Assembly (NCBI GenBank): GCA_963765495.1
Contig: CAVXWP010000009.1
Coordinates: forward strand, 768,001-832,000
Reading direction: 5' to 3'
Length of the DNA: 64,000 nucleotides
From: Blastocatellia bacterium
Lineage (GTDB): Bacteria; Acidobacteriota; Blastocatellia; UBA7656
Shown: in pieces, positions 61,725 through 64,000 of the stretch
Layout: each line of letters opens with the position of its first letter
Numbering within the stretch: the first letter of the stretch is position 1
Program-made: the position numbers and the translations under genes
Notes under the pieces: generated by a model
Seen by the model: only the letters and a program-made list of their open reading frames with translations
The model's database searches: none
Told to the model about the DNA's origin: nothing

Positions 61725-62993
61725 CTATTTTATCTTGATTACCGAGATTGTGAGGTCGTCTTCGGGGCCGCCCGCCTCCGATGAGAATTCCCGCACCGCG
61801 TTTACGACAGCCTGGCAGATTTCGTGTGCGCGGAGGCTGGCTGTTTCACGCACGACCCGTTCCAGCCCCTCGATCTCGAATGCCTCGTCGCGTTCGTTTG
61901 CGGCTTCGGTCACGCCGTCGGTGTAGAGCACGAGTATGTCGCCCGACTGGAAGTCTACGACCGATTCCGAGTAATGGGAGTCTTCAAATATGCCGAGCGG
62001 GAGGCCCCCGTCTTTAAGCAGCTTGCTTGTCGAGTCGGCGCGCAGGAGCAGGGGCGGATTGTGACCCGCGTTGATGTAGAGCAGTCGTCTGTTGTCCGGG
62101 TCTATCAACCCATAAAAAGTAGTGATATAGCGATCACCTGCCGTAGTCTCGTAGATCAGGCGATTCACCCGCGCCATCACAACTCGCATGGCCAGTTCGT
62201 TCATCACAGTGGCGTGAATGTATGCCCGGAAAGTGACCATTATGAGCGCCGCCGCAAGCCCCTTGCCCGAAACATCCGATATCAATATGCCGAGTCTCTC
62301 CGAGACCGAATCTATAAAATCGAAATAATCGCCCCCGACTTCGCGCACAGGAATCGTGGTGCCCGCGATGTCGAATCCTTTTATGAGTGGAAAGGCACGC
62401 GGCAGCAGGCTTTCGACCACCTTGCGCGCAAGCTCGATCTCGCTTTCGGCCCGCCTTTGCCGCATAACCTGACGATAAAGCATGGTGTGGTCGATTGCAG
62501 AAGCGGCCAGAGAAGCAAACATCGTGAGGAGTTCAAGGTCGCGCTCGTCATAGCAATTGATCCTGTCGGATTCCAGATTTATAGCGCCTATGACTTTACC
62601 GTCGGCCCGAATGATGGGGGCGGCGATCTCGGAAAGAGTTTCGGCGCGGGCCTTGACGTAGCGCTTGTCACGCTTTACATCGTTTACCACCTCTCCCGTG
62701 CCGTGCTCTATCACCCAGCGGATTATGCCGCTCGGAGAGGCGAGATAATCTTCGACTATGGCCGAGGGGGGATAGCCGCGAGCCTTCAATTCATAAACGG
62801 CCTCGGTCTTTGAATCCACGAGGCAGACGACCGCCGCCGAATACTCCATCAACTCTTCCAGAGAATCGAATATAGTTTCGGTCACTTCATCGATATCGGG
62901 CGAGGAACTGATTTTTCGCACCGCCTGAATGAGCGTTTCGATCCTCTTTTCGGTCACAGCCATCTGTGTAGTCTCAACTCTGCCTGCGGTCAT
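61725..62993 (-). CDS. GAF + SpoIIE/RsbU PP2C phosphatase
   Basis: GAF domain; VGGDYFD, DVSGKG, NAGHNPP, YTDGVTE, DDLT. Confidence 0.92.
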   Translation of the reverse strand: MTAGRVETTQMAVTEKRIETLIQAVRKISSSPDIDEVTETIFDSLEELMEYSAAVVCLVDSKTEAVYELKARGYPPSAIVEDYLASPSGIIRWVIEHGTGEVVNDVKRDKRYVKARAETLSEIAAPIIRADGKVIGAINLESDRINCYDERDLELLTMFASLAASAIDHTMLYRQVMRQRRAESEIELARKVVESLLPRAFPLIKGFDIAGTTIPVREVGGDYFDFIDSVSERLGILISDVSGKGLAAALIMVTFRAYIHATVMNELAMRVVMARVNRLIYETTAGDRYITTFYGLIDPDNRRLLYINAGHNPPLLLRADSTSKLLKDGGLPLGIFEDSHYSESVVDFQSGDILVLYTDGVTEAANERDEAFEIEGLERVVRETASLRAHEICQAVVNAVREFSSEAGGPEDDLTISVIKIK

Positions 62994-63075
62994 AATCGCA
63001 AAACAAATATGCTAGATGCTTGCGCCCGTAATAGCAAGAGAAGACCTGCATGATTTTTGTCGGTGGTAATCTAAT

Positions 63076-63103
63076 TTGCCTCTCGCTTGAAAAGGAGTAT
63101 AAT
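63076..63103 (+). promoter_or_regulatory. Sigma-70 promoter
   Basis: TTGCCT-N16-TATAAT upstream of the FecR gene. Confidence 0.5.
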
Positions 63104-63211
63104 CGCCCTGAACGGGGTGTTAATTTTAAGAATAAAGTTTTAACCGTCTCAGCCCTGCTGATGTTGGAGACACAAGAGAAAATCCCGGCGGGCTTTGCAA
63201 GAGGAGGGCGT

Positions 63212-64000
63212 ATGAAATTCTATAGAATCAACCTGGCAGCACTGGCCATTCTCTTCGTGTTCTCGACCGCCTTCGGACAATCGCGCAAGCCAATCTCGCC
63301 CGAAGAGCAGAGCCAATACCTTGTCTCGATCAAGGCCGGCGCTATCAATTTTGCCGAAGGCGATGTCTCTTTCAAACGCGACGAAACCGGCTGGGGCACT
63401 CTGATTATGGGCGATGATCTGCGCGACGGCGATGTGGTGAAGACCGGCGCGGACGGCCACGTAGAGATATTGCTCAATCCCGGTTCTTATCTGAGGTTGA
63501 GCGAAAACACCGAACTCGTCTTCACAGACACGGCCCTTGACGCCCTGAACCTTAAACTCGTCAGGGGCGCGGCCATCGTAGAGGCATCCGTGGTCGAAGA
63601 ACCTATAGCGGTTGTGACCTCCGGCGCGGAATATTCCATACAGGAAAAAGGGCTTTATCGGATCAATGTGAATCAGGACGGAAGCTCCGAAATCTTTGTT
63701 CGCAATGGCAAGGTTATGGTGGCGGGCACAAAGGTCAAAAAAGGCAAGAAGGCTTTGATCGCCGGTTCCACGCCGGTCGTTACAAAGTTTGATAAGAAGG
63801 AAGAGACCACTTTTGACCTCTGGAGCAAGGACCGCGCCAGGACTCTGATAGCGGCAAACAAGCAGTTGTCGAATCGAAGGCTGAAATCGACTCTCGCAAA
63901 CTCCAATGTCTTAGGCATGTGGCTGTACGATCCAGTGATGGGTTTTTGCACATTCCTGCCCGGGTATGGTGGTTTTTCTTCACCATACGGATGGGGTTAT
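63212..64000 (+). CDS. FecR-domain secreted protein, runs off the window edge
   Basis: Manual translation: MKFYRINLAALAILF...KAGAINFAEGDV...LRDGDVVKTGADGHVEILLNPGSYLRLSENT; GAGGAGG RBS. Confidence 0.82.
   Translation, partial: MKFYRINLAALAILFVFSTAFGQSRKPISPEEQSQYLVSIKAGAINFAEGDVSFKRDETGWGTLIMGDDLRDGDVVKTGADGHVEILLNPGSYLRLSENTELVFTDTALDALNLKLVRGAAIVEASVVEEPIAVVTSGAEYSIQEKGLYRINVNQDGSSEIFVRNGKVMVAGTKVKKGKKALIAGSTPVVTKFDKKEETTFDLWSKDRARTLIAANKQLSNRRLKSTLANSNVLGMWLYDPVMGFCTFLPGYGGFSSPYGWGY

Overview
Gene-dense bacterial chromosomal segment. Gene content (Oar-type TonB-dependent receptors with carboxypeptidase-regulatory domains, CarboxypepD_reg-TPR proteins, Ser/Thr kinase-TolB fusion, FecR protein) suggests Acidobacteriota, probably Blastocatellia; this is inference. 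No rRNA, tRNA or CRISPR array was seen. Housekeeping genes include proline dehydrogenase, S41 protease, ruvX, mltG, HtrA, PPIase, trpF, queD and a heptosyltransferase. Five things stand out. (1) A co-oriented ECF sigma / zf-HC2 anti-sigma / TPR-CHAT caspase-like protease / secreted subtilase module (28.3-35.0 kb), resembling a CRISPR-free Craspase-type proteolytic signalling circuit. (2) A ten-gene lipid operon (16.7-28.1 kb) that looks like a split, extended ElbD-type ether-lipid/fatty-alcohol pathway. (3) Two paralogous TonB-dependent receptors with identical sigma-54 promoter plus paired-palindrome enhancer architecture, flanked by three TPR paralogues and a TMTC-like glycosyltransferase. 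(4) A dispersed family of hairpins whose arms are 7-9 bp tandem repeats, one of them inside a 144-bp MITE with a 9-bp target duplication. (5) A dif-like site next to a truncated tyrosine recombinase and a di-haem cytochrome c gene. All calls come from manual reading; no database searches were run.
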